This document shows positions 18,258 through 27,925 of a DNA stretch of 64,000 nt, in pieces (position 1 is the stretch's first letter; each line of letters starts with the position of its first letter). The stretch covers positions 543,557 to 607,556 of the forward strand of contig MFAS01000001.1 of assembly GCA_001774685.1 (NCBI GenBank), read 5' to 3'. The notes under the pieces are model-generated. The model was not told the origin of the DNA. It ran no database searches and was given only the letters and a program-made list of their open reading frames with translations. The position numbers were made by a program, and so were the translations under genes. The DNA comes from Candidatus Collierbacteria bacterium RIFOXYD2_FULL_45_13 (GTDB taxonomy: Bacteria; Patescibacteriota; Microgenomatia; UBA1400; MFAQ01).

Positions 18258-20096
18258 CTACTCAATCTTGTATATTTTTACGATAGGCCCTAAGTTGTTT
18301 CTAGGAACAAACTCTTTTATCAGACTTACCCCCTCCACCATATCATCTAGAAGTTGTAAAAAGTACTCCCTTTCTCTCTTGACCATATAATACAAAAGTT
18401 CGTGTTGAGTGCCTTTTTGGACATCCTTTAAATTGGATGCAAAAGGAATGACATTGTCTATTAAGTAATAGTCCATCAAAAAAACCTTCCTGGGATCATC
18501 GTTTGTTAACGCCATACCATAGGTGTAACTATTGATTACAATATACTTGACACCTTCCTCTTTGAGATGATCTATAGGTTTAAAATTAAAATAAGCGTAA
18601 ACATCTCTCATTGTCGCGTCTTTCTTTGCTCTTTCAACCGCCTTGTTGGGCATGTCGCTTGGCCAAACCGGTTCAGATTTTGAATCTATCATTTCAACAA
18701 TCTCATAATTTGCAGCACCGGATTCCTGCCCCGACAGTTCTTGTTTGATCGCGCTTGGTAGTTGATAGTCATAATATTCCCTAGCCACACGGTTCCTTAA
18801 CATTATTGGATAGGTACTGGGAAGAGAAACTGAATATGCCGGATAATCAACGGCAATCTTCGTGTCAGAAGGGATATTTTCTAATATCCACGCCCTTGCC
18901 TCCTGTCTTGTTTCGGGTAACTGCTTTTTTTTGTTTCCATTTAAAATCGCTGAGGCATTTGGTAAGATCACTGCAGATGCCAGGACAATTACCGATATAA
19001 ATTTAAGATTGATATTTTTAAATAAATTTGACAGCTCCTTAGCCGCGAACATTAAAGATATTGGGATTAGCCCAACAAAAAGGTGCATCCATCTATATGC
19101 CCACTGATAAAAGAAAATGAAGTAAGTTAGGGATATAACTAAGTACAAGATATCCAGCTTACTTCTTCTGAAAACCGCCATAATTGTGGCATAAACCACC
19201 AGTAGTCCAATAATGTAATCACGCCTGACGAGCTCATAATAAAACCAATAAATAATACTTGGTATGTTATAGTGAAAAAATTGAGTCGAAGAAAAGGCCA
19301 CCTTACCCGCACCTGAACCTTGTAGGAAAAAGTGAAGTGATTCATCAAATCGAAAGAACCAGTTTAGATTGCCCAGCACTCCAATACCAAAAGCGAATAC
19401 GGAATAAGTAATCCAATTCAATAAGACATTCTTTTTACTCTTTTGCCTGGAAACAAAATCCATTAAAAAGAGTAAAAAGACCGCCGGAAATAATAGCACT
19501 GTTGTTTGGTGCGACGCCACAGCAAATCCCATTGCAATCCCTCCAATTGCATATGTTTTGCGGTTCGGGTTGACACAAATCAAACTAATTCCCAAAAAAG
19601 CTATCAAAGACGATAGTGCTGACAAAGTCTGATGAACGGCGTACTGGGATTCAAAGACAAGTTGCCATTCCAGAGCCACGAACAACGCGGCAATTAAACC
19701 TGTTATTTTAGACTTTGCTATAGAATTACCCCACAAGTACCCTATCAAGATAGTCAGGCTACCCAAAATTGTAGTGACTATGCGTGAAATGAAAACTACA
19801 GTAGATGGATCCTGAAAAAATTTTACGGCAAAGTCCGTCGTATCTCTAAAATATCCTGCAAAAGTTCCAAAAATAAAATATACCCCAAAAGCTATCAATA
19901 AAAAGTATTTATGAAATAATGGATAGTTGATATCTACCGGGATTGGAGACATTCTCTGTCCCATCGACATCGAATCCAAAATAATTCTCGCCTCATCGGG
20001 GTGAAAAAGATCTGGGAGTCCAAATCCAATTCCGGAGATGCGGAAAAAGAAACCAAATAAGAATATCAGTATGAGAAGCACTTTAAGTCTGTTCAC
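18258..20096 (-). CDS. GT-C (PMT/GT39-like) membrane glycosyltransferase
   Basis: R..GI.FGLP..FHPDE loop after TM1, YPLF, many TM helices, C-terminal AxxWIxxNIP domain; GTG start. Confidence 0.8.
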   Translation of the reverse strand: MNRLKVLLILIFLFGFFFRISGIGFGLPDLFHPDEARIILDSMSMGQRMSPIPVDINYPLFHKYFLLIAFGVYFIFGTFAGYFRDTTDFAVKFFQDPSTVVFISRIVTTILGSLTILIGYLWGNSIAKSKITGLIAALFVALEWQLVFESQYAVHQTLSALSSLIAFLGISLICVNPNRKTYAIGGIAMGFAVASHQTTVLLFPAVFLLFLMDFVSRQKSKKNVLLNWITYSVFAFGIGVLGNLNWFFRFDESLHFFLQGSGAGKVAFSSTQFFHYNIPSIIYWFYYELVRRDYIIGLLVVYATIMAVFRRSKLDILYLVISLTYFIFFYQWAYRWMHLFVGLIPISLMFAAKELSNLFKNINLKFISVIVLASAVILPNASAILNGNKKKQLPETRQEARAWILENIPSDTKIAVDYPAYSVSLPSTYPIMLRNRVAREYYDYQLPSAIKQELSGQESGAANYEIVEMIDSKSEPVWPSDMPNKAVERAKKDATMRDVYAYFNFKPIDHLKEEGVKYIVINSYTYGMALTNDDPRKVFLMDYYLIDNVIPFASNLKDVQKGTQHELLYYMVKREREYFLQLLDDMVEGVSLIKEFVPRNNLGPIVKIYKIE

Positions 20097-20183
20097 AACC
20101 GTTATTATAAATAAAAAAGTATCGTTAAACCTGTTTAAAAGACTGGAAACATTCTTATTGGCATTGGTTTATCATAAATAAAG

Positions 20184-22412
20184 TTGAAACCTTTCTATTT
20201 AGGCATACCAAAACTCATTTCGGGATCAATCTACTTGATAATCAGTATTATAGTAGTAATCATGCCGTGGTTCTGGATTCCAGAGGGTTTTGTCTATACT
20301 TCAGAAGAGCCAAATTTCATCAACTACGATATCAAGATCGACCGCGCCCTTACTATGTGGTCCAAAGACAATGGTTTTGGTGCTGCAGGCGATCCTTCAA
20401 ATCAGTCGCTTTTGATACCAAACGCATTCTTCTACCATTATCTAAGAGAGCTTGGGTTAGATCGCTCACAAACACAACGGTTATTTATCTCTTTTATTTT
20501 TCTATCCATCACCTATAGCTTCTGGTTATTTTCCACCCTCTTTACTAAAGAGAAATTTCTGAGATCTATGGGTATGCTGGTCTATATCTTTAATTTCTAC
20601 GTTGTTACTTCGATTGGATACACTGCCAAAACGCTCCAACTTGTTCTTATGCCCGCTCTTTTTTACATTGTTTACAGATACATAAAAACCAGAGAAATAA
20701 AATATCTATTTCTTAGCTATATTTGGTTATTTATTTTCCAAGGGGTTTTTACCAACCTACCATTGGCGGTTACCTCTCTGGCAATGTACTTAGTTGCACT
20801 ATTATATTATCTATTCACCGAAGATAACTGGAACAAAAAAACGGTGCTCGTTGATTTCATTGTTTTGGTCACCTTGACTGTTCCTGTATTGTTGCCGCAC
20901 TTCATAATTTACCTTACGGTCCTAACAGCCATGAAGGAAATGCCGGCGCTTTTTACCTTTACCGCCATAGGCGCTCCCTTAAGTCTCCTGTTTCAGATGC
21001 GTGGCGCTTGGTGGGAAAAATCCGGACATTTAGGGGTTTTGTATTTCAATCTGGGAAAGTTTTATAGTCACTTTTTGACAGTAATATCGGCGGTCATAGG
21101 TATTGGCATGATTATTATTTCCACTATCGTCGTAACGTGGGACAAGTCTGTAAATAATCGAAGAAACCCCACTTTCTGGCTAGCCGCATACTTACTGGGT
21201 ATCGGACTTGCCAGTGGTTTCTATTTTCTGCCTGGTTTTTATCATTTTATGATGGAGCATATACCGATGATGGTAATGTTCAGAGAGACTTGGGCAAAAT
21301 TCGTACCCCTTGTTGTCCTTTCGGTAGCTGCCATGACACTGGTATTGTTAGACTATCTAAGTAAAAATGACCGTAAAAGGTTTTTTATTACCTTACTCAC
21401 AATAGTCATTTATTTAGGAGTGCAGAGTTATCCCTTTTTTTCCGGAAGTATAGTTGACAGAGAAGTATTGAGCTGGAAGAGACGAGTGGTTAAAATTCCT
21501 CAATATTGGGAGGAGTACAGTGATTGGACAAAAGCAAATCAGAAGGTAATCTTGCCTATACCTTTTGGGGTGACACCATTCGATTCGCTTTATAGATGGA
21601 GTCCCGAGGATATTGGAAATACGATACTACCAGTACCTTGCATCTTAGGTCAGACCAACGTAATTTGTAACAACAATACCGATAAATATATCAACATTCT
21701 TAAAGCGTTTACTGATCGTAGAAGTTTTGATTGGCTCCAGATGGGAGGTGTTGAGATGGTCATGATACAAGAGGATCTGGATACTTCCAGCTACTCTGAT
21801 AAACATAGCTGGCAAATGAAAGAGATTCTAAACTACGTGGATGCGGCTCCGGTTGCCAGTTTCGGAGGTAAATTAAGGATTTACAAGATACGAGACCAGT
21901 ACTCAAGACCGATTGTCTATGCTACGCAAGAAGTTTTATCCATCGACAGAAATAATAAAGTTACCGATCTTCCCTTAAACGATCTCATCGGTCGTGGTAT
22001 TTTTGTTAACACCAGTGACCTCGTCTTGCCTCCTAACAAGACAGTCCTTCCGGAAGTCTCTACTCAAAAAATCTCTCAGACAGAATATGGTGTTGAGATT
22101 TTAAATGCCAGCGAACCCTTCGTTTTAGTATTAAATCAATCTTTTGACCGCAACTGGAACTTGAATATTGGTGGTAAGGATCTTGAGACTCAACATTTCT
22201 TGGTTAACGGATTTGCAAATGGGTGGTTTATTGAACCCGGACTAATCTGTGACCAAAAACCTTGTGACATAAAAATAAAAATTGAGTTTCGGCCTCAACA
22301 ATTTTTCAGATACAGTGTCAAAACAAGTCTTATGTTCTTTTTAATTTCCGTTTCACTTGTCATCCTTATCTTTATTAGGAATACGTTTTTCGGAAAACAT
22401 GAGACTCATTAA
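20184..22412 (+). CDS. Large membrane protein, YfhO/AftD-like (probable GT-C fold)
   Basis: About 12 TM; motifs MFRE..KF, IPQYW.E, VLNQSFDRNW and HFLVNGFANGW. Start position uncertain. Confidence 0.6.
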   Translation: MKPFYLGIPKLISGSIYLIISIIVVIMPWFWIPEGFVYTSEEPNFINYDIKIDRALTMWSKDNGFGAAGDPSNQSLLIPNAFFYHYLRELGLDRSQTQRLFISFIFLSITYSFWLFSTLFTKEKFLRSMGMLVYIFNFYVVTSIGYTAKTLQLVLMPALFYIVYRYIKTREIKYLFLSYIWLFIFQGVFTNLPLAVTSLAMYLVALLYYLFTEDNWNKKTVLVDFIVLVTLTVPVLLPHFIIYLTVLTAMKEMPALFTFTAIGAPLSLLFQMRGAWWEKSGHLGVLYFNLGKFYSHFLTVISAVIGIGMIIISTIVVTWDKSVNNRRNPTFWLAAYLLGIGLASGFYFLPGFYHFMMEHIPMMVMFRETWAKFVPLVVLSVAAMTLVLLDYLSKNDRKRFFITLLTIVIYLGVQSYPFFSGSIVDREVLSWKRRVVKIPQYWEEYSDWTKANQKVILPIPFGVTPFDSLYRWSPEDIGNTILPVPCILGQTNVICNNNTDKYINILKAFTDRRSFDWLQMGGVEMVMIQEDLDTSSYSDKHSWQMKEILNYVDAAPVASFGGKLRIYKIRDQYSRPIVYATQEVLSIDRNNKVTDLPLNDLIGRGIFVNTSDLVLPPNKTVLPEVSTQKISQTEYGVEILNASEPFVLVLNQSFDRNWNLNIGGKDLETQHFLVNGFANGWFIEPGLICDQKPCDIKIKIEFRPQQFFRYSVKTSLMFFLISVSLVILIFIRNTFFGKHETH

Positions 22413-24180
22413 ATCAAATCTGATCATCTTCGCTCTTGTATTTATATGGATAATCTTTATTGGATCTTATCTCCGCGGTGTTAATTATTTTTCCTTATCC
22501 CTTGAACAACCGATTCCAGGTCAATCCCTGGGTGACTATAGGGGGGACCCGTTGCTTCAAGAGCATGTTGTGGAATTTGACTATCCATCAAACCATCCTT
22601 ATCTTAGTTCCGTTATTGTCAACTTTAATACCTTCTATAAAAAAAATACCGACACATTACGTTTCAGTATAAAAGAAGTTGGTCAGAAAGGCTGGTATTA
22701 CCAAGGTGATTACGGTACCGGTCAGATTCAACAGTTCCAAAAGTACTATTTCAAATTCCCTACGATTGCAGAATCCTCAGGAAAGATCTATCAGATTAAA
22801 ATTGAATCTCTTGGTGGTGCGGAAGGGGACTACGTGGCAATAGCCAGTCCTTTGGAAAATTCAGTAAAGGTGGAACACGCATTCTCAAAAGAGAGACTAA
22901 GTGAAGATATCGGCCAAATCTTGTATTTAGCTTTTCATAAAGCCACTTTTCTAGTTTCCGACCCATTGTTCATAAGACACCTCACACTATATTCTTTGCC
23001 TCTTATTTATTTTCTTATTTACTCACTTGTGGGATCGAGCATGGGAGTTTTTTCCGTAATCATATTTTTATCAATTTTACTCAACTCATTACTTCTCAGG
23101 GGATTCTCGGCATTTTTCATGTTATCGGTTATGTTTGGATGGAGTTTGATGATCCTACACCACAGAGTCGAGAGCAAAGTATCAGTATCGGTTTCACTCT
23201 CCGCTTTTCTTCTATCGATAATCTTTTATTTGTTGGGGGTTAGTGTCGTAGGCGATAAGCTTGCCGCTTGGACATATATGTTTCTATTGTTTACTGTTGT
23301 CCAGCTCTTTTACGAGACAAAACTAAGGCCCAAGAAGTTATTGTCGCTCCATAGATATTGGCACGATCTTGTTGCCGAGGGACGGACTATGGCCGCTTTG
23401 ACTTATCAGATTATTGTAGGAGAGGTGAACATCTCTGTCGAAAGAGGAAAATATAATTTAGGTACTAAGGACGGCGCAATCTTGGGCAGTGATAAATCTC
23501 CGGAATTGGTCACCTTGGTAGTCTACCGTTGGCAAGCACCCATGGTAAGAACTTACATTTACACCTCTAGATTTTTGGCCTACATGACAGTCATGGTAGT
23601 TAAAGTCATTAGTAAGATACTCTCGCACGGACCATTTATTATTTTCGGATGGCTATTGTGGGTGCTCTTCCGTCAAACTAGGGAACAGATTAACTTCTTC
23701 TACGCGTTTTTCCCTGACAGGCAAATGGACTATTTTTGGGATCAGGTTGGAAATAACCTATTAAAAATATACCTTTTTGTCCTGCTTATCTTTTTCGTAC
23801 TACTCCTTATCAAAAAACTGGACCTCAGAAGAAAAGTTCTTATCTTAACGGTCATGTTTTACTTTTGTACTATCATCTCTCATTCATTATTTACCAACGC
23901 GACTCCTTACCGCAACGACCTTAAGATATGGTCCGTTTCACCCGGAGAGACCGCAGAACCCTGGGTCGACGTGGCAATTAGAGGCAGGAATTTCAGAGAA
24001 ATGCCTTTCGCCGGTACAGTTTGGATCGACGGAGTTGAACAGAGAGTTGTAGTATGGGGAGATCGAGAAATTATCTTTCGGACTGATCCATTTACTACCA
24101 GATCGGGTAACCTCACAGTAAAAGGTTACAAGAAAACCATAAGTAATTCCGTATTCTTTATATACTCGGGAAACCGGTAG
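22399..24180 (+). CDS. Hypothetical membrane protein with an extracytoplasmic beta domain and C-terminal IPT/TIG-like domain
   Basis: TM segments; C-terminal IWSVSP..VAIRGRNF..GTVWIDG..W.DREI pattern. ATG 22399 chosen as start. Confidence 0.6.
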   Translation: MRLIKSNLIIFALVFIWIIFIGSYLRGVNYFSLSLEQPIPGQSLGDYRGDPLLQEHVVEFDYPSNHPYLSSVIVNFNTFYKKNTDTLRFSIKEVGQKGWYYQGDYGTGQIQQFQKYYFKFPTIAESSGKIYQIKIESLGGAEGDYVAIASPLENSVKVEHAFSKERLSEDIGQILYLAFHKATFLVSDPLFIRHLTLYSLPLIYFLIYSLVGSSMGVFSVIIFLSILLNSLLLRGFSAFFMLSVMFGWSLMILHHRVESKVSVSVSLSAFLLSIIFYLLGVSVVGDKLAAWTYMFLLFTVVQLFYETKLRPKKLLSLHRYWHDLVAEGRTMAALTYQIIVGEVNISVERGKYNLGTKDGAILGSDKSPELVTLVVYRWQAPMVRTYIYTSRFLAYMTVMVVKVISKILSHGPFIIFGWLLWVLFRQTREQINFFYAFFPDRQMDYFWDQVGNNLLKIYLFVLLIFFVLLLIKKLDLRRKVLILTVMFYFCTIISHSLFTNATPYRNDLKIWSVSPGETAEPWVDVAIRGRNFREMPFAGTVWIDGVEQRVVVWGDREIIFRTDPFTTRSGNLTVKGYKKTISNSVFFIYSGNR

Positions 24181-24194
24181 GATAGAATATATCT

Positions 24195-25643
24195 GTGACA
24201 TGGATTAAAAAAAACATTTGGGAAATTTTGCTAGTCTGCGCACTCTTTTTTTTCGGGCTCTACTTTAGATTAAAAGGCATTAGTTCAAATCACTCTTTTT
24301 GGGCTGACGAAGCTCTGGTTAGTTCTATCGCCCGTGACATAGTTCAGGGGAAAATTAATCTATGGGATGGAGTTAATCTTCAGCACTACCAAAGATTACA
24401 AATCCTTACCACGGCTGTATCCTTAAAATTTTTTGGAATCTCAGAATGGAGCGCTAGATTGCCAAGCGTGCTTTGGGGAAGTGCCGGTATTGTTTTTGCC
24501 TATCTCATAAGTAAAAAACACTCCAACATCTGGGGTGGTTTTCTAGCTTCAATCTTATTTTCTCTCTTGCAGTTAAATTTGGCTTACTCTACCCAGGCCA
24601 AGCCATATTCCGCCATATCGACATTATTTTTGATGGCAATTTACTTCGCCGAAAAGAATCTATTAATTACTTTCACTATTGCCGTGGTGGCAACTTTATA
24701 TAACTACATTGGCATACTGACTTTCTTTCCCTTCGTTGCCCAGATCATACACCGATCGATTCAAATAAAAAATCCTAAGTTGCCGATTTTGATTCTGGGA
24801 TTTTTAATTACAATACTTCTTGGGTGGTTTTTGCACCTGGATATTATTCTAAAGATCCTTGTACGAACCCAGTATAACTGGGTCACATATCTCCGGGAAT
24901 TTTTTTGGCGACAATTTGCCTTTATTTCGTTGCCTGCCATGTTTGGCCTATTACTCATTAAGGACAAAAAAACCGCTTGGGGGATTGCGCTGGCCACGCT
25001 GTCACTCTTATTTGCCTGGAACTTCATTTTCTATAGTCACAACGTGCGTTACTTAATCCCGGTTGTTGGGCTAATTGTAGTTTTATTTGGAATCTTCTGG
25101 GGTAATGTCGGAGATAAAATGTTTAGGCAACCGGCGATTGTTTGCTTAAGCATAATGGCAATAATTTTTGCGGGCGGTTATAAAACCGTTCGCAAACCAG
25201 CTGTCTACTATACCCCCAATGCTGATTTTTTCGCAGACGTCCAAAACGCCGATTATCAAAACTTCTTTAGGAATTGGAAAGCTAAATATCCCGAATTTGA
25301 AAATGAGATCATTCTTGCGGGACCCTTCGACTCCTTGTCCTGGTATACAACTAGATACCCCTCAGCCACCTTTGATAAGACAAAAAAGGAAAGTGTCTAT
25401 TCCACCCAGTATGGTTTTTGGACTTATCCTGATATGACTAGTTTTGTTCGAATTATTTCGGGAAACGCCAGAGGTTTTGTGATGGTTCATGACTGGCAAT
25501 CCTTTATGCCGGACAACATCAAAGAGTACGTCAAGAAAACGATGAAACGTGAGCTGAGGGTCGAATCTATGGACGTATCGCCGGACGACAAGTGGCCGCT
25601 CGAGCTCTATTCTTGGGGATTTGATGCTAAAAAAACCGAATGA
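24195..25643 (+). CDS. GT-C (PMT/ArnT-like) membrane glycosyltransferase
   Basis: Motifs SFWADE, FGISEWSARLPS and YSTQAKPY; multi-TM. Confidence 0.85.
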   Translation: MTWIKKNIWEILLVCALFFFGLYFRLKGISSNHSFWADEALVSSIARDIVQGKINLWDGVNLQHYQRLQILTTAVSLKFFGISEWSARLPSVLWGSAGIVFAYLISKKHSNIWGGFLASILFSLLQLNLAYSTQAKPYSAISTLFLMAIYFAEKNLLITFTIAVVATLYNYIGILTFFPFVAQIIHRSIQIKNPKLPILILGFLITILLGWFLHLDIILKILVRTQYNWVTYLREFFWRQFAFISLPAMFGLLLIKDKKTAWGIALATLSLLFAWNFIFYSHNVRYLIPVVGLIVVLFGIFWGNVGDKMFRQPAIVCLSIMAIIFAGGYKTVRKPAVYYTPNADFFADVQNADYQNFFRNWKAKYPEFENEIILAGPFDSLSWYTTRYPSATFDKTKKESVYSTQYGFWTYPDMTSFVRIISGNARGFVMVHDWQSFMPDNIKEYVKKTMKRELRVESMDVSPDDKWPLELYSWGFDAKKTE

Positions 25644-26401
25644 ATATCTCAGTCGTCATACCTACTTATAAACGACCAGGTCTCGCCGAGAATCTTAAGC
25701 AACAAATTTTGCTGTATTTTCCAAACTGCGAAGTGTTGATTATTGATCAAAGCGACTCTAGTGAGCCAAATACTTCCAGAGCCAAGAACGAAGGGATGAA
25801 AAAATCAACAGGGGAGATTGTTATCTTTTTCGATGATGATGTTGAAATTACCAAGGAAACTATTTCTGCCCACGTTCGAGAGTACGAAAATCCCAATGTC
25901 GTTGGTGTTTCCGGTAGAGTAATCAACGACGGTGAATCAGTTCCCTCGTCGAGCGATGTGGTGACCGGAGAAACCAATAATTATTTAACCAAATTTAACA
26001 AAAGTTTCTGGAGCACCAGGAAGCAGACGGTGGAGTTTGTCTATGGCTGCAATATGTCCTTTAGAAGAAAAGTATTATTAGCGGTCTCGGGCTTCGATGA
26101 AAAGTGGCCGACTCCGCTGTCAGCCTTCGAGGAAATTGACCTCAGTTTTCGGGTGGGGAAGCTAGGTCTTATCTCCTTTTCCCCTTCTGCTTTGGTTTAT
26201 CATCACCGTGCCGTATCCGGGGGTACCAGATTAGATCAGAAAAGCAGAAACGATCAGTATTACCTGTCTTATGGCAGATTGGTCTCCAAGCATGTGACTT
26301 TTCCTTTTAGTTTAGTTTCATTTGCCGTAATTGTAGTCAGAATAATGAAAGAATCCCCATCGTCAATTTCTTACTTCCTTACGGGTTTAATGATGTTATG
26401 A
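25640..26401 (+). CDS. GT2 glycosyltransferase
   Basis: Motifs ISVVIPTYKR, IFFDDD, GCNMSFRR, GFDE and FEEIDL. Confidence 0.85.
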   Translation: MNISVVIPTYKRPGLAENLKQQILLYFPNCEVLIIDQSDSSEPNTSRAKNEGMKKSTGEIVIFFDDDVEITKETISAHVREYENPNVVGVSGRVINDGESVPSSSDVVTGETNNYLTKFNKSFWSTRKQTVEFVYGCNMSFRRKVLLAVSGFDEKWPTPLSAFEEIDLSFRVGKLGLISFSPSALVYHHRAVSGGTRLDQKSRNDQYYLSYGRLVSKHVTFPFSLVSFAVIVVRIMKESPSSISYFLTGLMML

Positions 26402-26934
26402 ATATACAGACCTCCAAGTTCTCCAAAATTTTTCTGCGGTTCTTTTTAGTTGGTACATATCTTTACTTATTTATTTTCTATCTTCTGCATCAGCCCACTC
26501 GGACCACTTTAATCCCAACCGGTGAAGCGGTAAAACCAATTGTGTCTACAGAGAAAGTTGTTCGAATTATCGACGGTGATACTTTTGAAATCAACGGCGG
26601 CATCAAAGTTCGTCTCATTGGCGTCGACACTCCGGAGATGAAGAACAAGAACAAAACCGTCGATTGTTTTGCGAGAGAAGCCAGCCAAAAGCTAGGCTCT
26701 TTGATCTCCGGGCATGAAGTGCGATTAGAAAAAGACATCTCAGAAACAGACAAGTACGGACGACTTTTGAGATACGTCTATCTGGGGGACGAAATGATTA
26801 ACGACACCTTGGTCAAAGAAGGATATGCCAAGATCGCCACTTTCCCTCCTGATGTCAAAAATGCCGGTCTATTTCTGAGCAGTGAAAAATTCGCCAGAGA
26901 GTCCAAACTCGGTCTCTGGTCTGCGTGTCGATAG
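26398..26934 (+). CDS. Thermonuclease (staphylococcal nuclease family), membrane-anchored
   Basis: N-terminal TM; motifs IIDGDT, VRLIGVDTPE, DKYGRLLRYV, LVKEGYA and GLW. Confidence 0.92.
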   Translation: MNIQTSKFSKIFLRFFLVGTYLYLFIFYLLHQPTRTTLIPTGEAVKPIVSTEKVVRIIDGDTFEINGGIKVRLIGVDTPEMKNKNKTVDCFAREASQKLGSLISGHEVRLEKDISETDKYGRLLRYVYLGDEMINDTLVKEGYAKIATFPPDVKNAGLFLSSEKFARESKLGLWSACR

Positions 26935-26953
26935 AATCTATATAATAGGCTTT

Positions 26954-27919
26954 GTGAAACAAAAGACTAGTCAATTCTTCGTTCGAGGGTCATCCAACAA
27001 ACTCCCGCTTACTATCGTCACCGCCGTCCTCAATGAAGAAAAGCTCCTGCCAGCCTTTCTGGGGCATATCCGTGACTTTGCGGACGAGGTTATTGTGGTA
27101 GTCGACTTTCGCACCACCGATCAAAGTGCCGCCGTGGCTAAAAAATTCGGTTGCAAGATCTTGTTTGACAAGGGTGAGTCGAGGGGTATCGTCTTTAACA
27201 ATAAGAACTGGGGAGCCTCAGAGGCTAATCATGGTTGGGTTATGGTTTTAGACGCCGATGAAAGAATGGATGAGACATTACAGGAAGAAGTCCGATCTAT
27301 AGTACTCGGGACTCATGCCAAACAGGCGGATGTCTACCAAACCAGTTTTATCAACTACGAATTCGGCAAGCTCTTCGAAAAAAGTGACCAGAAGAAGAAA
27401 CCCTTTGTTCGGTTATTTCGGAAAGGGGCCTTTACTTACCAGACGGGTTCTACCGCAGAAGGTTTCGGTATTCAAGCCGCCAGTCTCTCCTCCGGCCTAT
27501 GGTACGGCAAATATCTTTTGAAAATACCCCTTGTCAGATCTTGGTATCTCAACAAAATCAGAGGCGTTGTCACCCTCAAGGGCCATCTGGTACACCTCTC
27601 ACACCCTACGATTATGGACTTCATCAAAAAAATAGATCACTACTCGACCAGGGAAGCTCTGTTGCTTTTTGACAAAAATCAGAACAGACCCGATTGGTAC
27701 TTTCTTTTCAGGATGATCGTGTCTCCCTTGAAAGAATTTCTTTATAAATATTTTATTTGGCAGTTATACAAAGAAGGCCTACATGGCTATATTGCCTCAG
27801 TTGTCTATGGTTTCTACTACTTCCTCATCAACGCCAAATATTTCCGATACACTTACCGCAAAAAACATCTTAAAGAAATTGAATCCATTGGCAAGAAATA
27901 CGACTTAGAGGATTTGTAA
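26954..27919 (+). CDS. GT2 glycosyltransferase (WaaE/KdtX-like)
   Basis: Motifs LNEE, WVMVLDADER, RLFRKG and KIDHYS. GTG 26954 chosen as start because TATAAT lies 7 nt upstream. Confidence 0.8.
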   Translation: MKQKTSQFFVRGSSNKLPLTIVTAVLNEEKLLPAFLGHIRDFADEVIVVVDFRTTDQSAAVAKKFGCKILFDKGESRGIVFNNKNWGASEANHGWVMVLDADERMDETLQEEVRSIVLGTHAKQADVYQTSFINYEFGKLFEKSDQKKKPFVRLFRKGAFTYQTGSTAEGFGIQAASLSSGLWYGKYLLKIPLVRSWYLNKIRGVVTLKGHLVHLSHPTIMDFIKKIDHYSTREALLLFDKNQNRPDWYFLFRMIVSPLKEFLYKYFIWQLYKEGLHGYIASVVYGFYYFLINAKYFRYTYRKKHLKEIESIGKKYDLEDL

Positions 27920-27925
27920 AATGAG

